From NCBI RefSeq assembly GCF_014252415.1, contig NZ_CP059223.1, forward strand, positions 30,001 to 62,000: a stretch of 32,000 nucleotides of DNA, in the 5' to 3' direction. The position numbers and the translations under genes were made by a program. Source of the stretch: Candidatus Saccharimonadota bacterium (GTDB lineage Bacteria > Bacteroidota > Bacteroidia > Flavobacteriales > Blattabacteriaceae). Positions 1-8,875 of the stretch are shown in pieces (within the stretch, counting starts at the first letter, position 1; each line of letters starts with the position of its first letter). The notes beneath the pieces were generated by a model, which saw only the letters and a program-made list of their open reading frames with translations, did no database searches and was not told where the DNA came from.

Positions 1-1
1 A

Positions 2-991
2 TTTACATTATATATGTTTTTTTGCAACAAAAATTATATTTTTATGGAAAAAAAAATTTATATAATAAGTTTATATAATTTTATTAATAATATTACGAAT
101 AAAACAGGATATATATTTGTTTCAAATGTAATTTCTTCTTTTGTTAATTTTATATTAGTAATTCCTATTTTAATAAAAAAAGTAAAAATATCTAATTTTA
201 GAACATCTATTGCAAAAGAAATAATTAATTATAGTATACCTATTATGTTTGGGACAATATCTTTTTCTGTTAATGAAAACTTAGATAAGATTTTAATCAA
301 AAGATGGGTTTCAGACGAAATTAATGGTGCTTATTCTGCATGCTATAAAATAGCATCTTTTATGAATTTATATATGAGAATATTTCGTTTAGGAATTGAA
401 CCTTTTTTTTTCAAAAAATCTAATGATTCTAATGCAAAATATTATTATGAAGATATTACCTATTTATTTATTTTATTTGGATTGATCTTTTATGTTATAA
501 TATGTGGAAATATACAATTCGTGAAAGATTTTTTAATAAATAAAAAATATCATGTTACAATATCTATTGTACCTATTATTATGATAGGTAATCTATTTTT
601 AGGGATATACACAAATATATCAATTATTTATAAAATTATGAATAAACCTTTTGTAGGGACTTATATATCTTTAGTTGGAGTATTAATTACATTATTATTT
701 AGTATTATTTTTATGATTTATCCAAATAAAAATAATTTTTTAATTCCTGCTTGGGGAACATTTATGTCTTATGGATCTATGTTACTAATTTTATTTTTTT
801 GGAATAAAAAAAATATTAAAAAATTTTGTAAAAATATAAATAATGTATTGCTTCATTTTTTTGTTGCTATTATACTTGTATATATAATGAATAAAAATCG
901 AATATTGGAAATTAATTTTATTATTCAAATATTATATTTAATAATTATTTTTTTATATGAAAGAAAAAAATTATTGAATTTAATTAAGTAA
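2..991 (+). CDS. MOP-superfamily (Wzx/MurJ-like) polysaccharide or oligosaccharide flippase, C-terminal about 2/3; the 5' end lies upstream of the window
   Basis: The frame is open from nt 2 with no stop before the first ATG at 14. The product is a polytopic hydrophobic protein. The segment 'NYSIPIMFGTISFSVNENLDKILIKRW...AYSACYKIASFMNLYMRIFRLGIEPFFFKK' resembles the mid-region of polysaccharide-biosynthesis flippases. As I recall, the order flippase, dut, nucleotidyltransferase is common in Flavobacteriia. Confidence 0.6.
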   Translation, partial: FTLYMFFCNKNYIFMEKKIYIISLYNFINNITNKTGYIFVSNVISSFVNFILVIPILIKKVKISNFRTSIAKEIINYSIPIMFGTISFSVNENLDKILIKRWVSDEINGAYSACYKIASFMNLYMRIFRLGIEPFFFKKSNDSNAKYYYEDITYLFILFGLIFYVIICGNIQFVKDFLINKKYHVTISIVPIIMIGNLFLGIYTNISIIYKIMNKPFVGTYISLVGVLITLLFSIIFMIYPNKNNFLIPAWGTFMSYGSMLLILFFWNKKNIKKFCKNINNVLLHFFVAIILVYIMNKNRILEINFIIQILYLIIIFLYERKKLLNLIK

Positions 992-996
992 AAAAA

Positions 997-1359
997 ATGA
1001 ATAATATCTTTAATATTTTTCCTAAAAAAATTTATAATATGAATGGCTTAATTTTTTTAAGTTCATTGAATAGAAAATCTATATCAACAGGTTTTTTCAT
1101 TTCATTAAATGTTTTTAATAAATACTTTTTTTTTTTAAAAAAAGTATTTATTAAAACTTTTTGTATTATTCACATAACAAAATATATGGAAATTAAAATA
1201 ATTATTATTAATATTTCTTATAAAAGAATTCTTATTTATCCAAAAGATAAAATAGGAACAATAAATTTTGTTGTTAAAACAAATATTAATTGGAAACCTT
1301 CATTTATTCTTAATGATAGCAAAAGAGGAACAAAATGTTTTGGAAGTACTGGAATATAA
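997..1359 (+). CDS. dut: dUTPase-like protein, strongly degenerate (an intact ORF but possibly a pseudogene)
   Basis: The C-terminal 'SKRGTKCFGSTGI' matches dUTPase motif 5 (R-G-x-x-G-F-G-S-T-G). 'MEIKIIIINIS' aligns with 'RGEIKVILIN' and 'ISTGFFISL' with 'V.TGL.IEL'. Motifs 1-3 are not recognisable, and the protein is 120 aa against about 144 aa. Confidence 0.5.
   Translation: MNNIFNIFPKKIYNMNGLIFLSSLNRKSISTGFFISLNVFNKYFFFLKKVFIKTFCIIHITKYMEIKIIIINISYKRILIYPKDKIGTINFVVKTNINWKPSFILNDSKRGTKCFGSTGI
1113..1156. repeat. Perfect inverted repeat or hairpin with 20-bp arms (1113-1132 and 1137-1156) and a TTTT loop. It is followed by C+T5 (1157-1162), so it is a candidate intrinsic-terminator-like element inside the dut-like ORF
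   Basis: I checked base by base that position i pairs with position 2269-i for all 20 pairs. The left arm is ttttaataaatacttttttt and the right arm is aaaaaaagtatttattaaaa. The only G:C pair is C1125:G1144, and the first mismatch is 1112/1157. Confidence 0.9.
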
Positions 1360-1371
1360 TAAATTAATATA

Positions 1372-2397
1372 ATGAAAATTTTAATCCCTATTGCAGGAAA
1401 AGGTGTACGTCTTTATCCACATACTTTATGCACTCCTAAATCTTTTATTTCTATTGTTGGAAAATCCATCTTAAAAAGATTATTAGACGAATTATTTGAA
1501 TTAATAAAATATTTTTCAGTAAAGGAAATTATATTCATAATACGTCCTAATGAACAAAAAAATAAAATAGAAGAAAACTTAAAAAAGTTAACATATGATA
1601 TGGGAATATCTTATACTATTTATTATCAAGAAATCCCTCTTGGAACCGCGGATGCTATTTTAAAAGCAAAGGAATCTCTTGTTGGTCCTATAATTATAGT
1701 ATTTTCTGATTCGTTATTTCATAAAATTTCTTTTAAAAAAAAAATTCACAAATTTTCTGAAAATATTATATGGACAAAAAAAGTATCAGATCCTCATTCT
1801 TTTGGTGTAGTAAAATGTAACTCTTATGGAAAAATTATAAATTTTATAGAAAAACCAAAATATTTTATTTCTGATTTAGCCATTGTTGGTTTATATTACT
1901 TTAATAGTGGATTAACTCTAAAAAAAGAATTACAATATTTAATAGATAATGATATAAAGAATAATAAAGAATATCAATTAACCTCTGTATTAGAAAATAT
2001 GAGAAAAAAAGGAGAAAATTTTATAAATCAACCAGTTAAAGATTGGATGGATTTTGGAGATAAAAAAAATACAATTTCTTCAAATTCTAAAATTTTATCT
2101 ATAGAATATAAAAATAATTCCAAATTAATTCATAAAAAAACTATACTTAAAAATAGTATTATTTTAAATCCATGTTATATAGAAGAATATTCAACGATAG
2201 AAAATAGTATAATTGGGCCATATGTTTCAATAGGAAAGTTTACAAAAATAAAAAATACTAATATTAAAACATCCTTAGTTCAAAATTATACAAATATAAT
2301 GTACTCAAATTTAAAAAACAGTATAATAGGAAATTACGTTAATTATAAAGAATTAGAAAAAGAAATAAACTTAGGAGATTATTCTACTATTGTATAA
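1372..2397 (+). CDS. Sugar-phosphate nucleotidyltransferase (NTP_transferase domain plus a C-terminal left-handed beta-helix repeat region)
   Basis: The N-terminal 'MKILIPIAGKGVRLYPHTLCTPKSFISIVGKSIL' matches the G-x-G-T-R-L-x-P-x-T-x-x-x-P-K signature of glucose-1-P nucleotidyltransferase-like enzymes. The C-terminus has hexapeptide-like repeats ('NSIIGPYVSIG', 'NSIIGNYV'). Confidence 0.75.
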   Translation: MKILIPIAGKGVRLYPHTLCTPKSFISIVGKSILKRLLDELFELIKYFSVKEIIFIIRPNEQKNKIEENLKKLTYDMGISYTIYYQEIPLGTADAILKAKESLVGPIIIVFSDSLFHKISFKKKIHKFSENIIWTKKVSDPHSFGVVKCNSYGKIINFIEKPKYFISDLAIVGLYYFNSGLTLKKELQYLIDNDIKNNKEYQLTSVLENMRKKGENFINQPVKDWMDFGDKKNTISSNSKILSIEYKNNSKLIHKKTILKNSIILNPCYIEEYSTIENSIIGPYVSIGKFTKIKNTNIKTSLVQNYTNIMYSNLKNSIIGNYVNYKELEKEINLGDYSTIV

Positions 2398-2453
2398 ATT
2401 GAATTCATAATTTTTTATTATATTTGAAAAAAATATAATTACCATAAAGGTAA

Positions 2454-2651
2454 ATGAATTTTATATTTATTTTTCTTATATTACTTGGTACATTTGGAAC
2501 TACAGAAATAGTAGTTATAGTTATTCTTGCGCTCTTACTTTTTGGAGGAAAAAAAATCCCGGAATTAATGAGAGGTTTGGGGACAGGACTAAAAGAATTT
2601 AAAAAAGCTTCTGAATCTGATAATGATTCTAATTCTGACACTGAAAAATAA
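2454..2651 (+). CDS. tatA: Twin-arginine translocase subunit TatA/E
   Basis: There is a single N-terminal TM helix followed by the amphipathic-helix signature '[26 protein letters not shown]' and an acidic tail. The size is 65 aa. Confidence 0.85.
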   Translation: MNFIFIFLILLGTFGTTEIVVIVILALLLFGGKKIPELMRGLGTGLKEFKKASESDNDSNSDTEK

Positions 2652-2738
2652 TAATATTATCCTTTCATATTTCGGAATATATTAAAAATAATTTTTCATT
2701 TAATAATTTCAATAAAAATTGATGAAAAAAATTAATGA

Positions 2739-3854
2739 ATGACGAAGACTAAAAGTATTATGTTTTTTTTATTTTTTATAAAAAGTTTAATCGTTAATTT
2801 AAATTTAAAATTATTCAATTTCAACGATAAAAAACCTATTTCAGATGAAAAAAAAAATGTAATAAATAATATGCATAAAAATAATTTTTTTTATAAAAAA
2901 ATACATACAAAATATTCGGAAGGTATGTGGTTATTACCATTTGGTAATAAATTTTTTTTTAAAAAAAAACAACTTAAAAAAAATAATTATTTATTACATT
3001 ATTCATTCCACAAAAATATTGATTTTTTAAGTAAAAATGAATTAAAATTAAGATTAAGAAAAATTAATAAACACTCTCAAATAAAAATTATAAAATATAA
3101 CAATATTGTTTATAAAACTGTATTAAAATATTTAAAATTAGGAAAATATCTAGGAAAAGTAATATCATTGTCAAATTATTATTTTCCAATGTTTGAAGAA
3201 AAATTAGAAAAATATGGACTTCCTATAGAATTAAAATATTTAGCAATCGTAGAATCTAGTTTAAATCCTATTAATATATCTGATGCAGGTGCAAAAGGAA
3301 TATGGCAATTTATGCCTAAAACTGGAAAATCATATAATCTACATGTAAAAAATATTTATGATGAACGAAATGATCCAATAAAATCTACTGATGCTGCTTG
3401 TCGTTATTTAAAATACTTACATAAAAATATAGGTGATTGGAGCTTATCTTTAGCCGCATATAATTCTGGACCAAAAATTGTAAATAAAATTTTAAAACAT
3501 CGTAAAGATAAAAAAAATTTTTGGAAATTATGGATGTCTTTTCCTAAAGAAACAAAAAATTATGTTCCTAAGTTTATTGCTGTGAATTATATAATGAATT
3601 ATTATAAAAAACATAATATATCTTCATATATTCATTTTCCAAAATATAATATTAGAGATACTATATTAATACCTGTAAGAAATAAAACTTGTTTAATTTT
3701 TATTTCTAATATTTTGAATATTCCAATTCACGAATTAGTCATTTTAAATCCTAAATATTCTAAACTAACTTCTAGTAAAAATAATTTATTATTAAGAATA
3801 CCTAGAAATAAAATTTTATTATTAAAATATAAAAGTATTATTCGTGAGGATTAA
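2739..3854 (+). CDS. Lytic murein transglycosylase (SLT domain, MltD-like) with a degenerate C-terminal LysM-like segment
   Basis: 'GLPIELKYLAIVESSLNPINISDAGAKGIWQFMPKTG' (catalytic Glu in 'VES') and 'SLSLAAYNSGPKIV' are SLT family motifs. The N-terminus is hydrophobic and signal-like. Confidence 0.8.
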   Translation: MTKTKSIMFFLFFIKSLIVNLNLKLFNFNDKKPISDEKKNVINNMHKNNFFYKKIHTKYSEGMWLLPFGNKFFFKKKQLKKNNYLLHYSFHKNIDFLSKNELKLRLRKINKHSQIKIIKYNNIVYKTVLKYLKLGKYLGKVISLSNYYFPMFEEKLEKYGLPIELKYLAIVESSLNPINISDAGAKGIWQFMPKTGKSYNLHVKNIYDERNDPIKSTDAACRYLKYLHKNIGDWSLSLAAYNSGPKIVNKILKHRKDKKNFWKLWMSFPKETKNYVPKFIAVNYIMNYYKKHNISSYIHFPKYNIRDTILIPVRNKTCLIFISNILNIPIHELVILNPKYSKLTSSKNNLLLRIPRNKILLLKYKSIIRED

Positions 3855-3893
3855 TATTTTAAATATATTAAATAAATATTTTTATATTATTTT

Positions 3894-4880
3894 ATGAAAG
3901 AAAAAAATGAACAAAAAAAAAAATTTCTAGAATCTATTTTAGAAAAAATGGATAAAATGTATGGTAAAGGAACGGTTATGCGTATGGGAGAGTCCGGATT
4001 GAAAAATTTAGAAATTATTTCATCTGGATCAATTAGTTTAGATATAGCATTAGGAATAAAAGGATTTCCAAAAGGTCGTATCATTGAAATATTTGGACCA
4101 GAATCATCTGGAAAAACAACTTTAGCACTTCATGCTATAAACCAAAGCCAAAAATCTGGAGGGTATGCTAGTTTTATTGATACAGAACATGCATTTGATT
4201 GTTTTTATGCAGAAAAAATAGGAATAAATACAAAAGAATTAATTATATCTCAACCAGATAATGGAGAACAAGCTTTAGAAATAGTAGATAACTTAATTAA
4301 ATCTGGGGTTATTGATATGGTAGTAGTAGATTCTGTAGCAGCACTTACTCCAAAAAGTGAAATAGATGGAGAAATGGGAGAATCAAAAATAGGATTACAA
4401 GCAAGATTAATGTCCCAAGCATTGAGAAAACTAACATCTAGTATAGGAAAATCTAAAAGTATATTAATATTTATTAATCAATTAAGAGAAAAAATAGGAT
4501 CATATGGTAATCCTGAAGTAACTACAGGTGGAAATGCATTAAAATTTTATTCTTCGATAAGGATAGATATAAGGAAAGGAGCCCCTATTAAGACTGGAGA
4601 TAAAATAATAGGAAATAGAACTAGAGTAAAAATTGTTAAAAATAAATTATCTCCTCCTTTTGGAATTGCTGAATTTGATATTGTATACGGAGAAGGAATT
4701 TCAAAAACAGGAGAAATTTTAGATATAGGTGTGAATTTAGGAATAATCAAAAAAAGTGGAACTTGGTTTAAGTATAAAAATCTATCCTTGGGACAAGGAA
4801 GAGATTCCGCAAAAGAATTTCTAAAAGAAAAAAATAATATTTTTAATGAGATAAAAAAAAATATAATAAATCAATGTTAA
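3894..4880 (+). CDS. recA: Recombinase RecA
   Basis: Walker A is '[13 protein letters not shown]'. Other family motifs are 'FIDTEHAFD', '[12 protein letters not shown]', '[10 protein letters not shown]' and '[18 protein letters not shown]'. The length is 328 aa. Confidence 0.97.
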   Translation: MKEKNEQKKKFLESILEKMDKMYGKGTVMRMGESGLKNLEIISSGSISLDIALGIKGFPKGRIIEIFGPESSGKTTLALHAINQSQKSGGYASFIDTEHAFDCFYAEKIGINTKELIISQPDNGEQALEIVDNLIKSGVIDMVVVDSVAALTPKSEIDGEMGESKIGLQARLMSQALRKLTSSIGKSKSILIFINQLREKIGSYGNPEVTTGGNALKFYSSIRIDIRKGAPIKTGDKIIGNRTRVKIVKNKLSPPFGIAEFDIVYGEGISKTGEILDIGVNLGIIKKSGTWFKYKNLSLGQGRDSAKEFLKEKNNIFNEIKKNIINQC

Positions 4881-4897
4881 TAAAATATTAAAAAGAT

Positions 4898-5674
4898 ATG
4901 AAAATTACTTTTTTAGGAACTGGAAATTCTCAGGGGATACCAATGATTGGTTCCAATCATCCTGTATGTTTATCTAAAAATATAAAGGATAAAAGAATGA
5001 GAAGTTCAATACTAATTGAAATTAATTATCAATATTTTTTAATAGATTGTGGACCTGATTTTCGACATCAAATGTTAAAAAATAATTTTAATCAATTAGA
5101 TGCTGTTTTAATAACACATGAACATTATGATCACATAGGAGGAATAGAAGATATAAGACCTTTAAATTTTATTGAAAAAAAAATAAAATCTATTCCTATT
5201 TACGGGTTAAATAGAGTATTAAAAAATATAAAAAAAAGATTTTTTTATATTTTTTCTAATAGTTCAGAAAATAATAAAAAAAATATTTTAAAAGTTTCAT
5301 TTCATCAAATAGAGAACTATTGTGATTATTTTTATATTTTAGACATAAAAATATATCCATTATTTGTATGGCATGGATGTTTATCTATTTTGGGATTCCG
5401 TATAAAAAATGTCGCATATATAACAGATGCAAGTATTATACCAAATAATACAATTAATAAATTAAAAGGATTAGATATTTTAATTTTAAATATTCTAAGA
5501 AAAAAATCATATAAAAATCCTTTTTCACTTTTAGAAACCTTAAACATTATTCGTATTATTAAACCTAAAAAAACTTATATAACACATATTAGTAATAAAT
5601 TAGGATTTCATGAGAAAATAGAAAAAAAATTACCAAAAAATGTTTATTTAGCTTATGATGGTTTAGTTTTATAG
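4898..5674 (+). CDS. MBL-fold metallo-hydrolase (PhnP-like family)
   Basis: 'MKITFLGTGNSQGIP' and the metal-binding H-x-H-x-D-H motif 'ITHEHYDHIGG' are present. The length is 258 aa. Confidence 0.75.
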   Translation: MKITFLGTGNSQGIPMIGSNHPVCLSKNIKDKRMRSSILIEINYQYFLIDCGPDFRHQMLKNNFNQLDAVLITHEHYDHIGGIEDIRPLNFIEKKIKSIPIYGLNRVLKNIKKRFFYIFSNSSENNKKNILKVSFHQIENYCDYFYILDIKIYPLFVWHGCLSILGFRIKNVAYITDASIIPNNTINKLKGLDILILNILRKKSYKNPFSLLETLNIIRIIKPKKTYITHISNKLGFHEKIEKKLPKNVYLAYDGLVL

Positions 5675-5693
5675 AATAATAATTATTTAAATT

Positions 5694-7088
5694 ATGAATT
5701 TTTTAAAAAAAATTTTTTTTTCAAATAAAATCACATCTATCTTATTCTTATTATTATCATTTTCAATGGGAATAGCTACGTTTTTGGAAAAAAAATATTC
5801 AACTGATTTTGCTAAAATATTCATATATGAATCAAAATGGTTTGAGATTATTATATTATTAATTATAATAAATTTAATTGGAAATATATATAAATATAAA
5901 TTATGGAATAAAAAAAAATTTCCAATATTAATTTTTCATTTATCATTCATATTAATTATCATTGGAGGATTTTTATCAAGATATTTTAGTTATGAAGGAA
6001 TAGTCTCATTAAGAGAAGGAAATACTACTAATAAAATTAACTCTCAAAAAAGTTATATAAAACTAAATGTAAGTAAAAAAAATTATAAAAAATTTTATTA
6101 TGATCCTTATGTAATTTCTAATTTTCATAATAATTATGAAAAAAAATTTATTGTTAATAAAAATCCATTAAAAATAAAAATTATAAAATTCATTTCTTGT
6201 CCAAAAATAATTTTATCAAAAAAAAATCCATTAGAAAAAATTATAAAAATTATATATCTAAACAAAAACAATAGAGAAGAGTCATTTATTAAAAATAAAA
6301 ATGAAATAAATATAGATAAAATTCCTTTTTCTTTCAATAAAACAATATCTCATGGAATTATAATTTTTGAAAAAAAAGGAATGGTTTATATTAAATCCTC
6401 ATTTACAGGTAAAAAAATAAATATGATCAATGGAAAAATATCTTTAATAATTAAAAATAAATCTGAAATTTTAGATAAAAGATCTTTGTATGAAATTAAA
6501 ATTAATTCTCATAAAAAAATTAATTGGGTAATACCTGATGATATAGTTAAAGGAGAATTAAAATATATAGATTCATGCAATGAAAAGGATAATAATAAAA
6601 ATATTATAATAGCAGAAATTTTTTTTAAAAAAAAACGAAAAAGGATAATATTTACTGGAGGTAAAAATTCTATTATAATGAGTCATCCTATATCTATAAA
6701 TAATTATAAAATATCTGTAGGATATGGTTCAATATTATTAAATTTACCGTTCTATTTACATTTAAATAAATTTGAATTAAAAAACTATCCAGGATCTGAC
6801 TTTCCATCATCTTTTATGAGTTCTATCACTATTAAAGACAAAAACATTAATAATAATTATTTGATCTATATGAATAATGTATTAGACTATAAAGGATATA
6901 GATTTTTTCAATCTGGATATGATTTTGACAAAAAGGGAACTCATCTTTTTGTGAATAATAACTATTGGGGAACTTTTTTTTCTTATACGGGTTATACATT
7001 TATGAGTATTGGAATGTTTTTAAATTTTTTTTGGAAAGGAACTAGATTTTATCATTTAAGAAAACAAATGAATTATGTTAAAAAATGA
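5694..7088 (+). CDS. ccsB: Cytochrome c biogenesis protein ResB/CcsB (System II)
   Basis: N-terminal TM helices are followed by a large soluble domain. The ResB C-terminal signatures 'LKNYPGSDFPSSFMSSITI' and 'YKGYRFFQSGYD' precede a final TM helix. The gene overlaps the next gene by 14 nt. Confidence 0.75.
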   Translation: MNFLKKIFFSNKITSILFLLLSFSMGIATFLEKKYSTDFAKIFIYESKWFEIIILLIIINLIGNIYKYKLWNKKKFPILIFHLSFILIIIGGFLSRYFSYEGIVSLREGNTTNKINSQKSYIKLNVSKKNYKKFYYDPYVISNFHNNYEKKFIVNKNPLKIKIIKFISCPKIILSKKNPLEKIIKIIYLNKNNREESFIKNKNEINIDKIPFSFNKTISHGIIIFEKKGMVYIKSSFTGKKINMINGKISLIIKNKSEILDKRSLYEIKINSHKKINWVIPDDIVKGELKYIDSCNEKDNNKNIIIAEIFFKKKRKRIIFTGGKNSIIMSHPISINNYKISVGYGSILLNLPFYLHLNKFELKNYPGSDFPSSFMSSITIKDKNINNNYLIYMNNVLDYKGYRFFQSGYDFDKKGTHLFVNNNYWGTFFSYTGYTFMSIGMFLNFFWKGTRFYHLRKQMNYVKK

Positions 7089-8856
7089 AAAATTATTATC
7101 ATTTTTATTTATATTATTTTTTCTCTTCTTTCATGAAGAAACATATTCAAAATATCAAATAAATAATTTTAAAAAAAATTATTACGATATAGAAAATTTA
7201 TCCGATTCTATTCATATTCCAAAAAATCATTCTGAAAATTTTGGGAAATTATTGATACAAGATCCTAAAGGAAGGATAAAACCAATCAATACTATGGCTA
7301 TAGAATTATTAAGAAAAATCTTTAAGAAAGATACTATAGGTAATTTAGATGCTAATCAATGGTTTATATCTATTCATCAAGATAATATTTTTTGGATGAA
7401 AGTACCTTTTATAAAAATAGATAAAAAGGTAAAAAATGAAATATTAAATAAAATAAATTTAAAAAATTATAAAAAGGATTATGTTTCTTTAATAAATTTC
7501 TACGAAATAAACCCTTATACATTAAAATTAAAATTCCTTTTAAAAGAAGATTATAATAATTCTTTTTCTAAAAATCCAATTAATAGAAATGAATATGATA
7601 AATCAATTATTCATATAGTAGAAAAAATAGGGATTATTCATGAAATTTTTCAAGGAAAATATATAAGGATTTTTCCAATAATTAATGACAATAACCATAC
7701 TTGGTCAAGTTGGATAAGACCAGATAATAATAAATTGTATCCATTAGGTTTATCGATGTTTAATCGTTATTTGAAATCTATTATTATTTCTCAAAATGAA
7801 AAAAATTGGGAAATAGCAAACAAAGAAATAGATAAAATAAAATTATTTCAGTTAAAAAATTCTAAATTAATTTTACCTTCTGCAAATAAGATTAATGCAG
7901 AAGTAATTTATAATAAATTAAATATATTTTATTATTTATCTTTCATATATATGATATTAGGAACAATTATTATTATAAATTCTTTCATAGAAATTTTTAT
8001 AAAAAAAAAATTATTAAATATTTTATATAAGATATCTCTGATTATTTTATTAATTCTATTTGTTTTAGATTCTATTGGATTAATTACTAGATGGTATATT
8101 TCTAATCATGCTCCATGGACAAATGGATATGAATCTGCATTATTTATTAGTTGGAGTGTATTAGCAATAGGGTTTTTATTCCAAAAAGATAAATTTTTAA
8201 TAGGGGTTATATCCTTAATTTCATCAATTTTATTAATGATTGCGCATGGAAGCGCAATGGATCCAGAAATTACAAATTTAGTTCCAGTATTAAAATCATT
8301 TTGGTTAATTATACACGTTGCTACTATAACATCCAGTTATGGATTTTTTTTTACTGGATCTATACTAGGTTTTTTAGTTTTAATTTTTTTTATATTAAAA
8401 AAAATTTTTCCTTATAAAAAAAATAAAATTTCCATTCAAATAAATAGATTAACTATAATTAATGAACTATGTCTTACGATAGGTATATTTTTATTAACTA
8501 TAGGAACATTTTTAGGGTCAGTTTGGGCTAATAATAGTTGGGGGAGATATTGGAGTTGGGATCCAAAAGAAACTTGGGCAATGATTAGTATTATGATCTA
8601 TGCTTTTGTTTTACACATTCGATTAATTCCATCAATGAAAAATCAAATTATTTTTAATTTTTTTAGTATTTTATCAATAAGTTCCATTATCATGACTTAT
8701 TTTGGAGTCAATTATTATTTATCAGGTCTTCATTCTTATGCAAAAGAAGATTCTATTCCTATTCCTAATTGGATATATTTTAGTCTAATTATACTATTTA
8801 TTACCACTACAATTGCTTATTTTTTTGAAAAACAAAATCAAAAAAATAATTTTTAA
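7075..8856 (+). CDS. ccsA: Cytochrome c assembly protein CcsA/ResC (System II haem handling) with an N-terminal soluble domain of about 280 aa
   Basis: The Trp-rich WWD motif 'WANNSWGRYWSWDPKETWA' is present. Conserved His residues sit in flanking TM helices ('LIIHVATI', 'AFVLHIRL'), and the C-terminal half is polytopic. Confidence 0.85.
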   Translation: MLKNEKLLSFLFILFFLFFHEETYSKYQINNFKKNYYDIENLSDSIHIPKNHSENFGKLLIQDPKGRIKPINTMAIELLRKIFKKDTIGNLDANQWFISIHQDNIFWMKVPFIKIDKKVKNEILNKINLKNYKKDYVSLINFYEINPYTLKLKFLLKEDYNNSFSKNPINRNEYDKSIIHIVEKIGIIHEIFQGKYIRIFPIINDNNHTWSSWIRPDNNKLYPLGLSMFNRYLKSIIISQNEKNWEIANKEIDKIKLFQLKNSKLILPSANKINAEVIYNKLNIFYYLSFIYMILGTIIIINSFIEIFIKKKLLNILYKISLIILLILFVLDSIGLITRWYISNHAPWTNGYESALFISWSVLAIGFLFQKDKFLIGVISLISSILLMIAHGSAMDPEITNLVPVLKSFWLIIHVATITSSYGFFFTGSILGFLVLIFFILKKIFPYKKNKISIQINRLTIINELCLTIGIFLLTIGTFLGSVWANNSWGRYWSWDPKETWAMISIMIYAFVLHIRLIPSMKNQIIFNFFSILSISSIIMTYFGVNYYLSGLHSYAKEDSIPIPNWIYFSLIILFITTTIAYFFEKQNQKNNF

Positions 8857-8875
8857 TAAAATTTAAAAATAAAAA

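Noticed and set aside
2417-2439. A 9-bp-stem hairpin (attatattt / gaaaa loop / aaatataat) in the gap between the nucleotidyltransferase and tatA, which might be a terminator.
   Set aside because: The stem is all A/T and no T-tract follows. Stems of 9-11 bp occur repeatedly by chance in this composition (for example 7162-7183 and 8382-8406 inside coding regions).
2405-2641. A 78-aa antisense ORF overlapping tatA. Similar antisense ORFs occur at 3887-4084, 4547-4750, 5332-5547, 6134-6337, 10877-11068, 13938-14147, 17251-17499, 19656-19844, 27248-27430, 27890-28099 and 28867-29061.
   Set aside because: Each lies opposite a gene with strong family motifs. The products are low-complexity and lack recognisable motifs. 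I treat them as shadow ORFs.
7086-7088. The possibility that TGA is recoded as Trp, as in some tiny symbiont genomes, which would change the gene calls.
   Set aside because: Conserved Trp positions such as the CcsA 'WGRYWSWDPKETW' motif are all TGG. Reading through the ccsB TGA gives only about 25 more codons of hydrophobic sequence before a TAA. The sucC TGA sits at the expected C-terminus directly before the next ATG.
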